Virus record (IMG/VR): IMGVR_UViG_2541047828_000002
Coordinates: 1-39,138 of that record
Origin: a virus
Lineage: Duplodnaviria; Heunggongvirae; Uroviricota; Caudoviricetes
Reading direction: 5' to 3' (one strand)
DNA: 39,138 nucleotides
Shown: positions 1-8,952 of the stretch, in pieces
Layout: every line of letters begins with the position of its first letter
How positions within the stretch are numbered: position 1 is the first letter of the stretch
Program-made: the position numbers and the translations under genes
Notes under the pieces: model-generated
What the model was told of the DNA's origin: nothing
Database searches by the model: none
The model's input: only the letters and a program-made list of their open reading frames with translations

Positions 1-1254
1 ATGCTGGAACAAATGGGCATTGCCGCGAAGCAAGCCTCGTATAAATTAGCGCAACTCTCCAGCCGCGAAAAAAATCGCGTGCTGGAAAAAATCGCCGATG
101 AACTGGAAGCACAAAGCGAAATCATCCTCAACGCTAACGCCCAGGATGTTGCTGACGCGCGTGCCAATGGCCTTGGCGAAGCGATGCTTGACCGTCTGGC
201 ACTGACGCCCGCACGGCTGAAAGGCATTGCCGATGATGTGCGCCAGGTGTGTAACCTCGCCGATCCGGTGGGGCAGGTAATCGATGGCAGCGTACTGGAC
301 AGCGGCCTGCGTCTTGAGCGTCGTCGCGTACCGCTGGGGGTTATTGGCGTGATTTATGAAGCGCGCCCGAACGTGACGGTTGATGTCGCTTCGCTGTGCC
401 TGAAAACCGGTAACGCAGTGATTCTGCGTGGCGGTAAAGAAACCTGTCGCACTAACGCGGCAACGGTGGCGGTGATTCAGGACGCCCTGAAATCCTGTGG
501 CTTACCGGTGGGTGCCGTGCAGGCGATTGATAATCCTGACCGTGCGCTGGTCAGTGAAATGCTGCGTATGGATAAATACATCGACATGCTGATCCCGCGT
601 GGTGGCGCTGGTTTGCATAAACTGTGCCGCGAACAGTCGACGATCCCGGTGATCACTGGTGGTATAGGCGTATGCCATATTTATGTTGATGAAAGTGTAG
701 AGATTGCTGAAGCATTAAAAGTGATCGTCAACGCGAAAACTCAGCGTCCGAGCACATGTAATACGGTAGAAACGTTGCTGGTGAATAAAAACATCGCCGA
801 TAGCTTCCTGCCCGCATTAAGCAAACAAATGGAGGAAAGCGGCGTGGCATTACACGCAGATGCAGCTGCGCTGGCGCAGTTGCAGACAGGCCCCGCGAAG
901 GTGGTGGCTGTTAAAGCGGAAGAGTATGACGATGAGTTTCTGTCATTAGATTTGAACGTCAAAATCGTCAGTGATCTTGACGATGCCATCGCCCATATTC
1001 GTGAACACGGCACACAACACTCCGATGCGATCCTGACCCGCGATATGCGCAACGCCCAGCGTTTTGTTAACGAAGTGGATTCGTCCGCTGTTTACGTTAA
1101 CGCCTCTACGCGTTTTACCGACGGCGGCCAGTTTGGACTAGGTGCGGAAGTGGCGGTAAGCACACAAAAACTCCACGCGCGTGGCCCAATGGGGCTGGAA
1201 GCACTGACCACTTACAAGTGGATCGGTATTGGTGATTACACCATTCGTGCGTAA
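1..1254 (+). CDS. proA: gamma-glutamyl phosphate reductase (proline biosynthesis), full length 417 aa
   Basis: ORF starts at nt 1 ([16 protein letters not shown]...) and ends with TAA at 1252-1254. Sequence matches remembered E. coli ProA almost throughout. Lies immediately upstream of thrW, as on the E. coli chromosome. Confidence 0.95.
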   Translation: MLEQMGIAAKQASYKLAQLSSREKNRVLEKIADELEAQSEIILNANAQDVADARANGLGEAMLDRLALTPARLKGIADDVRQVCNLADPVGQVIDGSVLDSGLRLERRRVPLGVIGVIYEARPNVTVDVASLCLKTGNAVILRGGKETCRTNAATVAVIQDALKSCGLPVGAVQAIDNPDRALVSEMLRMDKYIDMLIPRGGAGLHKLCREQSTIPVITGGIGVCHIYVDESVEIAEALKVIVNAKTQRPSTCNTVETLLVNKNIADSFLPALSKQMEESGVALHADAAALAQLQTGPAKVVAVKAEEYDDEFLSLDLNVKIVSDLDDAIAHIREHGTQHSDAILTRDMRNAQRFVNEVDSSAVYVNASTRFTDGGQFGLGAEVAVSTQKLHARGPMGLEALTTYKWIGIGDYTIRA

Positions 1255-1368
1255 ATAAAACCGGGTGATGCAAAAGTAGCCATTTGATTCACAAGGCCAT
1301 TGACGCATCGCCCGGTTAGTTTTAACCTTGTCCACCGTGATTCACGTTCGTGAACATGTCCTTTCAGG

Positions 1369-1444
1369 GCCGATATAGCTCAGTTGGTAGAGCAGCGCAT
1401 TCGTAATGCGAAGGTCGTAGGTTCGACTCCTATTATCGGCACCA
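1369..1444 (+). tRNA. thrW: tRNA-Thr (anticodon CGU)
   Basis: 76-nt GCCGATATAGCTCAGTTGGTAGAGCAGCGCATTCGTAATGCGAAGGTCGTAGGTTCGACTCCTATTATCGGCACCA. Has D-loop AGCTCAGTTGGTAGAGC, anticodon loop with CGT, T-loop GGTTCGACTCC and encoded CCA. Matches remembered thrW, a known phage attachment site. Confidence 0.9.
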
Positions 1445-1458
1445 TTTAAATCAATAAG

Positions 1459-2622
1459 TTACACATCATTAGTACCTTCCTTATTTTTTGACTGGGACAA
1501 ATTTGGGACCGATGGGTTCAGGATCGAGTCTATTTGCCGTGCGTGTTCGGTAAGGTGATTAGGTGCAAGGTGAGCATATCGACGAACCATTTCGATAGAC
1601 TCCCAGCCTCCCATTTCCTGTAACACTGACAACGGGACTCCGGCTTGAACCAGCCAACTTGCCCAGGTGTGTCTCAAGTCGTGAAATCTGAAATCATCAA
1701 TACCAGCCCGTCTCAGCGCCGCTTTCCAGGCTGTGTTTGCGTCATACCGCATCTTCCTTACTGTTGGCGCTTTCGTTCCGTCTGGTTTGGTACAGCTTTC
1801 CTTGTACACAAATACCCAACGGTGATGATTCCCGATTTGTTTTTTCAAAACGCGACATGCAGTATCATTCAGCGCAACGCCGATTGCGCGGTTTGATTTA
1901 CTCTCTTCCGGGTTTATCCATGCCACCCGGCGCTGCATATCTATTTGTTGCCATTCAAGGTTGATGATGTTCGAGCGTCTTAAGCCTGTTGCCAGTGCAA
2001 ATTCAACAACAGACTTTAATGGCTCCGGACATTCATCAATCAGCCTTTGTGCTTCATGGGGCTCCAGCCAGCGGATCCGTTTATTCTTTGGTTGAGGCAC
2101 TTTAATAATTGGTGCCTTATCCAGCATTTTCCATTCACGCTCTGCGGCTCTTAGTAGGGCCTTTATAAATGAAAGATGCGTAGCCTTCGTTGCAACGGAC
2201 GCTGGTTTTGGCGTGTATTCTGGAACAGGTTTCCCTTTTTTTCTGCATGCTTCTGCCCTGAGTTTCCAGTTTTCCTCATGACGCCGGTTCGTCATTTTCT
2301 GCATTGCTGAATAAATTTTTGATTCAGTAATGTCTCTTAGTTGCATTCCTGCGAAATGTTGAAGCCAGAATCCGATCCGGCTTTTGTCATCGTCCAGTGA
2401 TTTTTTATGTGCTTTCTCTTCAAGCCACCTGACACATGCTTCCTCGAACGTTATATCAGGTATTTCACCAAGTTTACTGACCCGCCATGCTTCAGCCTTT
2501 AGCTTGTCATGGAGTTCTGTCGCCTGCCTTTTGTCCTTTGTTCCAAGAGACTGTTTAAATCTTTTACCGTTCGGCAATGTGAAACTGGCGTACCATATTT
2601 CACCTCTGCGGAAGAGTGACAT
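1459..2622 (-). CDS. int: prophage integrase, tyrosine recombinase (P22/SfV-type)
   Basis: 387-aa [25 protein letters not shown]... ending ...[39 protein letters not shown], which carries the R..HxxR..Y catalytic signature of tyrosine recombinases. Strong resemblance to remembered P22 Int. Sits 15 bp from the tRNA 3' end. Confidence 0.93.
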   Translation of the reverse strand: MSLFRRGEIWYASFTLPNGKRFKQSLGTKDKRQATELHDKLKAEAWRVSKLGEIPDITFEEACVRWLEEKAHKKSLDDDKSRIGFWLQHFAGMQLRDITESKIYSAMQKMTNRRHEENWKLRAEACRKKGKPVPEYTPKPASVATKATHLSFIKALLRAAEREWKMLDKAPIIKVPQPKNKRIRWLEPHEAQRLIDECPEPLKSVVEFALATGLRRSNIINLEWQQIDMQRRVAWINPEESKSNRAIGVALNDTACRVLKKQIGNHHRWVFVYKESCTKPDGTKAPTVRKMRYDANTAWKAALRRAGIDDFRFHDLRHTWASWLVQAGVPLSVLQEMGGWESIEMVRRYAHLAPNHLTEHARQIDSILNPSVPNLSQSKNKEGTNDV

Positions 2623-2849
2623 TTTCTTTCCTCTGTTATGCCATCACCCGCGCTCACCTGGACAGTATGCAGCGGAGACTGAAGAGCCGCAATGCAGGCT
2701 TGTCGTGTTGTGAGGTAAGGAGATTTATTCTTAGTGGGATCTTTGCGTGTTGCCTGAAGACGCCCTGTGCGTATCCAGTTAATAGCAGTCGGTCTGGATA
2801 TCTTGAGAAAATGACAGGCCTCATCGAGTGTGAGGCTGTATGGCTCCAT
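2499..2849 (-). CDS. xis: excisionase (Xis, HTH DNA-binding)
   Basis: Internal Met start of ORF 2499..2933 gives a 116-aa protein [33 protein letters not shown]... with an excisionase-type HTH. Its 3' end overlaps the int 5' end as in P22/lambda. The start is chosen from remembered P22 Xis. Confidence 0.75.
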   Translation of the reverse strand: MEPYSLTLDEACHFLKISRPTAINWIRTGRLQATRKDPTKNKSPYLTTRQACIAALQSPLHTVQVSAGDGITEERKCHSSAEVKYGTPVSHCRTVKDLNSLLEQRTKGRRQNSMTS

Positions 2850-3193
2850 TATTTCACCTCTTGCTGTGACATTGTTGAAAAACGGATACCAGCTCGTTGC
2901 TGCCAGACGATCCAACCGAGAGTCATATCCCATGCCATGTATTCATTATCGCCGTTTTTTGCTCTCCGACGATCGACTGTTTTACCGAAACGCTTTTCCA
3001 TAAATAATTCATAGGCTGCGCGTTCATCTGGCTCAACTTCCAGAGATGCCAGTGCAATCCGTGCCAGTTCTAAATCATTTTCAAGCTCAGCGCGAATCTC
3101 AGCGAATGCACTCTGTGTTAAGGCGAACTCAATGCTCTGCACTTTATTCCGTGCGCGCTCAAGCAGTGCATGGTAGTTAATTTCGGTTGTCAT
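2849..3193 (-). CDS. hypothetical early-left protein (114 aa)
   Basis: ATG-initiated ORF that overlaps xis by 1 nt and the upstream gene by 4 nt (ATGA-type coupling). No family recognised. Confidence 0.5.
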   Translation of the reverse strand: MTTEINYHALLERARNKVQSIEFALTQSAFAEIRAELENDLELARIALASLEVEPDERAAYELFMEKRFGKTVDRRRAKNGDNEYMAWDMTLGWIVWQQRAGIRFSTMSQQEVK

Positions 3194-4068
3194 ACCCCTA
3201 CCTCTTCGAATTCCAATTTCAATTGATCACCCCAGATTTCACATGACTCTGAACACGAACCGGTATCGAATCGCCTGGCCTGTACCATCGCCTGATACAA
3301 ATTTCTGTAGTCGCTGTTGGCAGACATTCTGGCAATTCCGTCAAGCGTCAGGTGACCACGGTACATAATGTCTTTACCTGTTCTGCGATGACCATCCCTG
3401 ACGTGTTTGCCTGTAACCAGCTCATTAAAAACTCGCATCAGACCTGGTTCGTCTTTACATGCAAGCCCCAGCTTTTGCGTTGACTTTTTGATGCAGAAAA
3501 CACAGTTCCCGAGATGCTCCGGGATTTGCAAATCAAAAGGTTGTTTTCGCCACCACCGGATAACATCCGACTTATCAAAATCTGACAGCTCGGCAAGATA
3601 CCGGACGCCCGATTTCGGTTTCAGCCTACGGGGTTCGTCTGCACGAATACCCAGCCATGTGATGTAATTACCTCGCCCGAAATGGTTATCGCAGTATTTC
3701 GTGAAAGGGATGAGTTTTAGCCTGTCAGTACAGAACGCGCCGCCGATGTATGGCGTGCCGTACTTTTTAACCATGTCCATAAACGGTTTAAGCACCGGCA
3801 TTCGTGTCTGAATATCCTTTGGCTCCCATTCTGTATAACCATTTGGCTGCCCAAGCTCAGGATTTATATCGACCTGTAACACAGTTAGTGGTATGTCCCA
3901 GAACTTTACAACCTCCCGGATAAAGCGGTATGTCAGCGGATGTTCGCAACCGGTATCCATAAAGATATAGCAGACGTTATTGCCAGCCTTTCTTTGTTCT
4001 TCCATCAGGTGAACAAGATATGCGGATGTTCTCCCGCCAGAAAAACTAACTACATGAGTTATGCACAT
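3190..4068 (-). CDS. PAPS-reductase-like PP-loop ATP pyrophosphatase family protein
   Basis: Motifs SFSGGRTS (PP-loop-like) and FMDTGCEHPLTYRFIREV, comparable to CysH LTDTGYLFPETYRFIDEL. Start taken at the internal Met (MCITHVV...) with a 10-nt overlap of the upstream ORF stop; the longer 4185 start would overlap the upstream gene by 127 nt. Confidence 0.7.
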   Translation of the reverse strand: MCITHVVSFSGGRTSAYLVHLMEEQRKAGNNVCYIFMDTGCEHPLTYRFIREVVKFWDIPLTVLQVDINPELGQPNGYTEWEPKDIQTRMPVLKPFMDMVKKYGTPYIGGAFCTDRLKLIPFTKYCDNHFGRGNYITWLGIRADEPRRLKPKSGVRYLAELSDFDKSDVIRWWRKQPFDLQIPEHLGNCVFCIKKSTQKLGLACKDEPGLMRVFNELVTGKHVRDGHRRTGKDIMYRGHLTLDGIARMSANSDYRNLYQAMVQARRFDTGSCSESCEIWGDQLKLEFEEVGV

Positions 4069-4595
4069 TTGCGTAATTCCGATAACTCGTTGAAGCGTTC
4101 CATAAACATCCCGTAGGCATGGCCCGGTGCCAGTGGAATAACTTTGAACATCTCTGTTGCCGGGATACCTTCCAGTACAGGCCATAAAGAGCCATCATCA
4201 AGCCCGAGATCACGGCGTTCGGTTGCCAGCATAATGAGATCGGCATATTTCACGGGCGTGCTCATAACCGGGGGTAACCCGTATTTCTCACGGATTACGG
4301 CGTCTATTTTTTCTTCCATCCGTTTATAGCCAGGAAGAAGGCGTTTCAGTTGCGCGGGGATGTCCTGACAATACGCTTCTGTTGCATCATGCATTAACGC
4401 TTCAAAGGCGAACTCTGGCGCCACAAGTTGACTGCACAGAACGGAATGCTGCGCCACGCTGTAAAAATCCGGCAAGTGTCCCGCGAAGCGGCAGATATTT
4501 GAAAGCGCACCGGCGATATCCTCGATATAAATATCGTCAATGGTGGAGTTGATATAATTGAACTTCTTACCGGTAAGAGTCTGGATAAAACTCAT
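4059..4595 (-). CDS. HD-domain phosphohydrolase (YfbR/YfdR-like 5'-deoxynucleotidase family)
   Basis: 178-aa ORF with H...HD...D signature (SVAQHS ... LMHDATEAYCQDIP). RBS AAGGAGAAC lies upstream on the minus strand. Size and motifs match the prophage HD-hydrolase class. Confidence 0.7.
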   Translation of the reverse strand: MSFIQTLTGKKFNYINSTIDDIYIEDIAGALSNICRFAGHLPDFYSVAQHSVLCSQLVAPEFAFEALMHDATEAYCQDIPAQLKRLLPGYKRMEEKIDAVIREKYGLPPVMSTPVKYADLIMLATERRDLGLDDGSLWPVLEGIPATEMFKVIPLAPGHAYGMFMERFNELSELRKCA

Positions 4596-4752
4596 CGTTA
4601 GTTCTCCTTAATTGGTGCGCTGCACCGCACGATTTTTGGTTGCACGAATCCCTCGCCATAAGGCGATTAAAAGTTTTGGTTTCGTTTCAGTAAATGCCCC
4701 ATCCAGAGGCACTTAGTGCAACGGGCGGCTGCCATCGCCAGTTATTTTCCCC

Positions 4753-4837
4753 ACTCAATTGAAAGCGCGTTCCGGAGGTTTTGGACTTAACGAACTGGCA
4801 CTTAATGACAAGGGACAGAACGCGCTTTCAGTTGAGT
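4753..4837. repeat. 20-bp inverted repeat (1 mismatch) flanking a 45-bp spacer
   Basis: Left arm ACTCAATTGAAAGCGCGTTC (4753-4772) and right arm GAACGCGCTTTCAGTTGAGT (4818-4837). Not followed by a T-run on either strand, so not a canonical intrinsic terminator. Confidence 0.6.
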
Positions 4838-4990
4838 AAAAAGGTGGCTATTCATCAGAACATTGTCGCCTTCATTAGGTTTATCTGTTGAAGATCTGTA
4901 AGCCGCTTATAAATAAGTAGATATAAGATATTAGGAAAAGAAGAAGGACGTTATAGTTTTATTTGTGATGTGCAAAGTATATTTGAATAA

Positions 4991-5007
4991 AACCCGCCCA
5001 GCGGGTT
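4991..5007 (-). terminator. hairpin downstream of the 5018..5614 gene (putative intrinsic terminator)
   Basis: AACCCGC-CCA-GCGGGTT stem-loop, followed on the minus strand by TTATTCAAAT. Lies 11 nt past the stop codon. Confidence 0.45.
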
Positions 5008-5017
5008 CTAAAGTGTT

Positions 5018-5614
5018 TTAATGATTGTCGTGATAATTAATTGGCTCATCATTTTTTTTGTCTGGCATAGTTATGGACCACTTTATATTCTTTAGGCTGT
5101 TATGTTTTTTATTGACCTTAAGCTCTCTCTTTGCTTCAGAGATAATATCGTCTAGTAATACTTTTAATTTATCAAGTCTTGACTTGTGGGCATCTATCAA
5201 CTCTATACTATCAAACTCCCATTGTATAAATAGATTTTCTTCATTTTCAATGAATGAACGGATTTTATCCCCACACTCTTCTGTTAAGAATAATGAAGAT
5301 AGCTCACCTATTCTACTGAGTTTTTCAAGCTCATTAGAGAAAGATTTGCTAAGGATTTCATTTTCTTCTTTTGATTTGTAACTAAAGTAGGTTGGGAATT
5401 GTGAGGTGTGATGTAACTCCTGTTTATACCAATAGTCAGCTGTGTTTTTTAGAAGATAAACACAGTCAACTAATTGCGTATACAAATCTATTCTTTTGTC
5501 CCACCATTTTTCTTTATAATAACGGCCGAGTGCATATCGCGCAGTTAAGTAAGCTGCGATTGAGCCTGTAACAAGTCCGATAATTACCTTTGATATAAGG
5601 TCATGCCAATCCAT
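5018..5614 (-). CDS. hypothetical membrane-anchored protein (198 aa) in the immunity region
   Basis: Strongly AT-rich ORF MDWHDLISKVIIGLVTGSIAAYLTARYAL... with one N-terminal hydrophobic helix and a charged helical remainder. RBS AGGGA upstream. Flanked by hairpin terminators at 4991-5007 and 6074-6091. Confidence 0.6.
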   Translation of the reverse strand: MDWHDLISKVIIGLVTGSIAAYLTARYALGRYYKEKWWDKRIDLYTQLVDCVYLLKNTADYWYKQELHHTSQFPTYFSYKSKEENEILSKSFSNELEKLSRIGELSSLFLTEECGDKIRSFIENEENLFIQWEFDSIELIDAHKSRLDKLKVLLDDIISEAKRELKVNKKHNSLKNIKWSITMPDKKNDEPINYHDNH

Positions 5615-6066
5615 TTTTATTTTCCCTACATTATGTTATATAATTGTTCATATCATACAATTGTTGAGTATAGATGTCTCGTTATTCATCAACATTTACT
5701 CCTGTTAAATTAGGGGGAGGATGTATTAAAAATATTCATCTGGGTCGTCTAAATATTTTTGATAAACTAATAGCAATAACACTATCAGTATTGCCTGCCC
5801 TCACGTCGTTCTTGCTCTCGCGCGATTTTTAACTAAACACTAGCAGGATTTATCATGGTGCTACGCTACATTTACTTGTAGGGAGCTAAACAGATCATTG
5901 ACGCTGAAAATATTCAAATTGTTAAAGAGCGAAGCGTCCTATGGGCGTTTTGTTGCTAACGAATCATCTTGGACTTCATATGCCCCAGGCGGCTACTTCG
6001 TGGGCATCCTGCCTGTTTGTTGTTTCGTTTTGGTACATTATGTATCTGCGGGGTACATTGTCAAGT

Positions 6067-6091
6067 ATAAAAAAACCTGCCGAAGCAGGTT
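6067..6091 (-). terminator. intrinsic terminator after the repressor gene
   Basis: AACCTGC-CGAA-GCAGGTT hairpin (6074-6091), followed on the minus strand by a 7-U run. Lies 13 nt past the cI stop. Confidence 0.6.
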
Positions 6092-6103
6092 CATAAATAT
6101 TGA

Positions 6104-6778
6104 TTAGGCCTTTATTTTGTATCTTCTTGGTTTTCCCGAGAAAATCACAGTGCCAATTATAGAGCAATTACCGTTAATCTTAATGTAGGGCTCAGGCCAG
6201 TTTGGGTTTAATGCTTTGAGATAACGCTGTGTTCCATCTTCTATCAATCGCTTGAAGGTGGTTTCGCCTGTATCGTGCATCAACGCAATAACGTCGTCAC
6301 CGTGGCAAGCAGGGACTTCAGGATCAACAAAAATCATGTCTCCCGGACGGTACTCATCAATCATTGAATCACCAATCACCCGCAAGATATAAGTCATTTC
6401 GCCACAGGGTACAGGGCAGGGATAAGTTTCTGCTGTGCTCAAATCAACCTCAGAATAGCCAACTTCTTTCCATGCTCCGGCCTGTACCCATGATATGACA
6501 GGGACTAACGTTATTTGTTTGTTAGTGATTGAAACATCAGTTTTTTTTGTGATGTTCGTTGTCTGGTGTTCTTGATCGAGCCATCCGACAGGCAGGTCGA
6601 AACATTTTTCAATGTGTCGTGCCATGCTGTCACCGATATTTTTAGTAGCACCATCTCCCATAAACCTGCTGGTCTGGGTTGGCTCGCGATCAATCATAGT
6701 GGCAAAGGAAGAATTCCCGCCAACACCATCTCTCAGTTTTCTGGCGTTAGACCGCCGGATGTCATGGATTGTTTTCAT
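6104..6778 (-). CDS. CI-type prophage repressor (N-terminal DNA-binding domain plus S24 LexA-like autopeptidase domain)
   Basis: C-terminal VIGDSM (Ser nucleophile) and FKRL (Lys), with overall resemblance to the lambda cI C-terminal domain (VSGDSM...FKKL). Divergently oriented to a cro-like gene. Confidence 0.88.
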   Translation of the reverse strand: MKTIHDIRRSNARKLRDGVGGNSSFATMIDREPTQTSRFMGDGATKNIGDSMARHIEKCFDLPVGWLDQEHQTTNITKKTDVSITNKQITLVPVISWVQAGAWKEVGYSEVDLSTAETYPCPVPCGEMTYILRVIGDSMIDEYRPGDMIFVDPEVPACHGDDVIALMHDTGETTFKRLIEDGTQRYLKALNPNWPEPYIKINGNCSIIGTVIFSGKPRRYKIKA

Positions 6779-6793
6779 AACGAAATTAAAACC

Positions 6794-6814
6794 CTTGTAC
6801 CGCCAAGGTACAAG
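6794..6814. promoter_or_regulatory. putative OR operator 1 (palindrome CTTGTACC-GCCAA-GGTACAAG)
   Basis: Perfect 8-bp inverted arms in the 90-bp divergent cI/cro intergenic region, 16 bp upstream of the cI start. Confidence 0.5.
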
Positions 6815-6842
6815 TATCTTGAAGGTTCATTTTAATCATGTA

Positions 6843-6865
6843 ATATGTACACTGGAGGTACATAT
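6843..6865. promoter_or_regulatory. putative OR operator 2 (palindrome ATATGTAC-ACTGGAG-GTACATAT)
   Basis: Perfect 8-bp inverted arms sharing the GTACA half-site with operator 1. Overlaps the cro RBS GGAGG. Confidence 0.45.
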
Positions 6866-6868
6866 TGT

Positions 6869-7069
6869 ATGAAAGCGTATTGGGACTCTTTAACCAAAGA
6901 ACAGCAGGGTGAGTTGGCCGGAAAAGTTGGCTCAACACAAGGCTACTTACGGCTGGTTTTCAATGGCTATAAAAAAGCCAGTTTTGTGCTGGCTAAAAAA
7001 CTTGAGCAATGCACGTCAGGTGCAATTACGAAATCTGACTTAAGACCGGATATCTATCCGAAAGATTAG
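6869..7069 (+). CDS. Cro-like HTH regulator
   Basis: 66-aa product MKAYWDSLTKEQQGELAGKVGSTQGYLRLVFNGYK... with an HTH-like segment. RBS GGAGG 9 nt upstream. Divergent from cI. The upstream ATG at 6845 lacks an RBS. Confidence 0.7.
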   Translation: MKAYWDSLTKEQQGELAGKVGSTQGYLRLVFNGYKKASFVLAKKLEQCTSGAITKSDLRPDIYPKD

Positions 7070-7100
7070 CAGAACACTTTCAATTTTTAACCACAGAACG

Positions 7101-7664
7101 ATGAGGCTAATCGTGGGTAAGCATCACTGGAAAATAGAAAAACAGCCTGAGTGGTACGTGAAAGCTGTCAGAAAAACTATCGCAAAGTTGCCGGGTGGTT
7201 ACGCTGAAGCAGCTGACTGGCTCGATGTAACAGAAAACGCTTTATTCAACCGCCTTCGTGCAGATGGCGATCAGATTTTCCCGCTGGGATGGGCAATGGT
7301 TTTACAGCGTGCTGGTGGCACTCACTTCATTGCTGATGCTGTGGCGCAGTCTGCAAATGGCGTCTTTGTGTCTCTTCCTGACATCGAGGATGTGGACAAC
7401 GCCGATATCAACCAACGCCTGCTGGAGGTCATTGAACAGATCGGCAGTTATTCAAAACAGATTCGTTCAGCAATTGAAGACGGTGTAGTGGAACCGCATG
7501 AGAAGACAGCAATTAATGACGAGCTGTACCTCTCAATTTCGAAGCTGCAGGAGCATGCAGCACTGGTCTACAAAATTTTTTGCATTTCAGAAAGTAATGA
7601 CGCCCGCGAGTGTGCAGCTCCGGGCGCCGTGGCGTGTCGTGACTGTGGAGAAACTAACGCATGA
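7101..7664 (+). CDS. putative CII-like early regulatory protein (187 aa)
   Basis: Second gene of the rightward early operon. Segment [29 protein letters not shown] is reminiscent of the CP76/YdaT-type phage regulatory family. Call rests on position and memory. Confidence 0.4.
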   Translation: MRLIVGKHHWKIEKQPEWYVKAVRKTIAKLPGGYAEAADWLDVTENALFNRLRADGDQIFPLGWAMVLQRAGGTHFIADAVAQSANGVFVSLPDIEDVDNADINQRLLEVIEQIGSYSKQIRSAIEDGVVEPHEKTAINDELYLSISKLQEHAALVYKIFCISESNDARECAAPGAVACRDCGETNA

Positions 7665-7999
7665 ACAGTTTAACAACACACTACCGTCGCTCGCAACTGA
7701 TTGCACTTCCTGTACCGGGTGGAAAAGCGAAGGTGGAGTATTGCTATGCAGTAAATGTACCAGGTGACAGGGAAATTGTAACCCACAGCTTTGCAGAGTG
7801 GGCTGTGGGTGATTTCAACCGGCAAAAGGAGACAGTCCTTTGCGACAAGTTAACCGCTGGTTCAAAGATCACTACGGAGTACCCGTCAGAGTCATTCGTT
7901 GGGAGCCGGAAACACAACGGGTTATCTACCTACGCGAAGGCTATGAGCATGAATGCTTCAGTCCGCTCGAACAGTTTCGTCGTAAATTCAGGGAAATAG
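7661..7999 (+). CDS. hypothetical protein (112 aa)
   Basis: ATG overlaps the upstream stop (ATGA). Same frame as the following replication gene, separated by TAG and a fresh RBS. No family recognised. Confidence 0.4.
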   Translation: MNSLTTHYRRSQLIALPVPGGKAKVEYCYAVNVPGDREIVTHSFAEWAVGDFNRQKETVLCDKLTAGSKITTEYPSESFVGSRKHNGLSTYAKAMSMNASVRSNSFVVNSGK

Positions 8000-8008
8000 A
8001 GGTCGGTC

Positions 8009-8950
8009 ATGAGCACTAAATTAACCGGCTATGTATGGGATGGTTGCGCTGCGTCAGGCATGAAATTATCCAGCGTGGCAATTATGGCCCGCCTGGCTGA
8101 TTTCAGTAATGACGAAGGTGTGTGCTGGCCATCAATTGAAACCATTGCCCGTCAGATTGGCGCGGGGATGAGTACCGTCAGAACGGCTATCGCACGGCTG
8201 GAAGCAGAAGGCTGGTTAACGCGTAAGGCGCGTCGCCAGGGTAACCGCAATGCGTCGAATGTTTATCAGCTTAACGTTGCGAAGCTTCAGGCAGCGGCAT
8301 TTTCTCAACTGTCAGATTCTGACCCGTCAAAATCTGATGCATCAAAATCTGACCCGTCAAAATTTGATGCGTCGAAATCTGGCAAAAAAGCGGGTTTTCA
8401 CCCGTCAGAATCTGGCGGGGATCCGTCAGTAAAATCAAAACATGATCCGTCAGATAAAAAAACTTCTCGTCCGGACGCTTCGCAACCGGACACGCAGACG
8501 GCTGAACAGGAGTTTTTAACTCGCCATCCTGATGCGGTTGTATTCAGCCCTAAAAAGCGCCAGTGGGGAACGCAGGATGATTTGACCTGCGCACAGTGGC
8601 TCTGGAAAAAAATCATCGCCCTGTACGAGCAGGCCGCCGAATGTGACGGCGAGGTGGTTCGTCCCAAAGAACCGAACTGGACAGCCTGGGCAAACGAAAT
8701 TCGCCTGATGTGTGTGCAGGATGGTCGTACTCACAAACAAATCTGCGAGATGTACAGCCGCGTCAGCCGCGATCCGTTCTGGTGCCGTAACGTGCTCAGC
8801 CCGTCGAAGCTGCGGGAAAAATGGGATGAGCTTTCCCTGCGCTTATCGCCGTCCGTCAGCACGTACACAGAAAAACGCGAAGATCCGTACTTCAAAGCCA
8901 GTTACGACAATGTGGACTACAGCCAGATCCCGGCAGGATTCAGGGGGTGA
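8009..8950 (+). CDS. phage replication initiation protein (N-terminal winged-helix, repeat linker, C-terminal DnaT-like domain)
   Basis: N-terminus ...WPSIETIARQIGAGMSTVRTAIARLEAEGWL is a typical replication-initiator HTH. Low-complexity linker SDSDPSKSDASKSDPSKFDASKS is encoded by the iterons. C-terminal domain resembles DnaT/primosomal-type domains from memory. Confidence 0.65.
   Translation: MSTKLTGYVWDGCAASGMKLSSVAIMARLADFSNDEGVCWPSIETIARQIGAGMSTVRTAIARLEAEGWLTRKARRQGNRNASNVYQLNVAKLQAAAFSQLSDSDPSKSDASKSDPSKFDASKSGKKAGFHPSESGGDPSVKSKHDPSDKKTSRPDASQPDTQTAEQEFLTRHPDAVVFSPKKRQWGTQDDLTCAQWLWKKIIALYEQAAECDGEVVRPKEPNWTAWANEIRLMCVQDGRTHKQICEMYSRVSRDPFWCRNVLSPSKLREKWDELSLRLSPSVSTYTEKREDPYFKASYDNVDYSQIPAGFRG
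8311..8460 (+). repeat. array of about 7 iteron-like 15-bp repeats (consensus about CCGTCAAAATCTGAT) inside the replication gene; putative origin
   Basis: Tandem 15-bp units at 8323, 8338, 8353 and 8368, with further copies CCGTCAGAATCTGG (8402), CCGTCAGTAAAATC (8423) and CCGTCAGATAAAAA (8447). Analogous to ori-lambda iterons within gene O. Confidence 0.6.
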
Positions 8951-8952
8951 GC

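Noticed and set aside
741-1052. 103-aa minus-strand ORF inside proA
   Set aside because: Internal antisense ORF of a well-recognised housekeeping gene.
3190-4185. Longer 331-aa start for the PAPS-reductase-like gene
   Set aside because: Would overlap the upstream HD-hydrolase gene by 127 nt; the internal Met at 4068 gives the usual short operon overlap and begins just before the PP-loop motif.
4600-5017. Possible N-like antiterminator gene in the early-left leader
   Set aside because: No ORF of 60 aa or more and no arginine-rich small ORF with an RBS was evident; the region is dominated by the inverted repeat and a terminator hairpin.
5898-6107. 69-aa plus-strand ORF between the membrane-protein gene and cI
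   Set aside because: No RBS; it overlaps the cI terminator hairpin and the cI 3' end; more likely a promoter/operator region.
6845-7069. Longer 74-aa start for the cro-like gene
   Set aside because: The ATG at 6845 lies inside the operator palindrome and has no RBS; the ATG at 6869 has GGAGG at ideal spacing.
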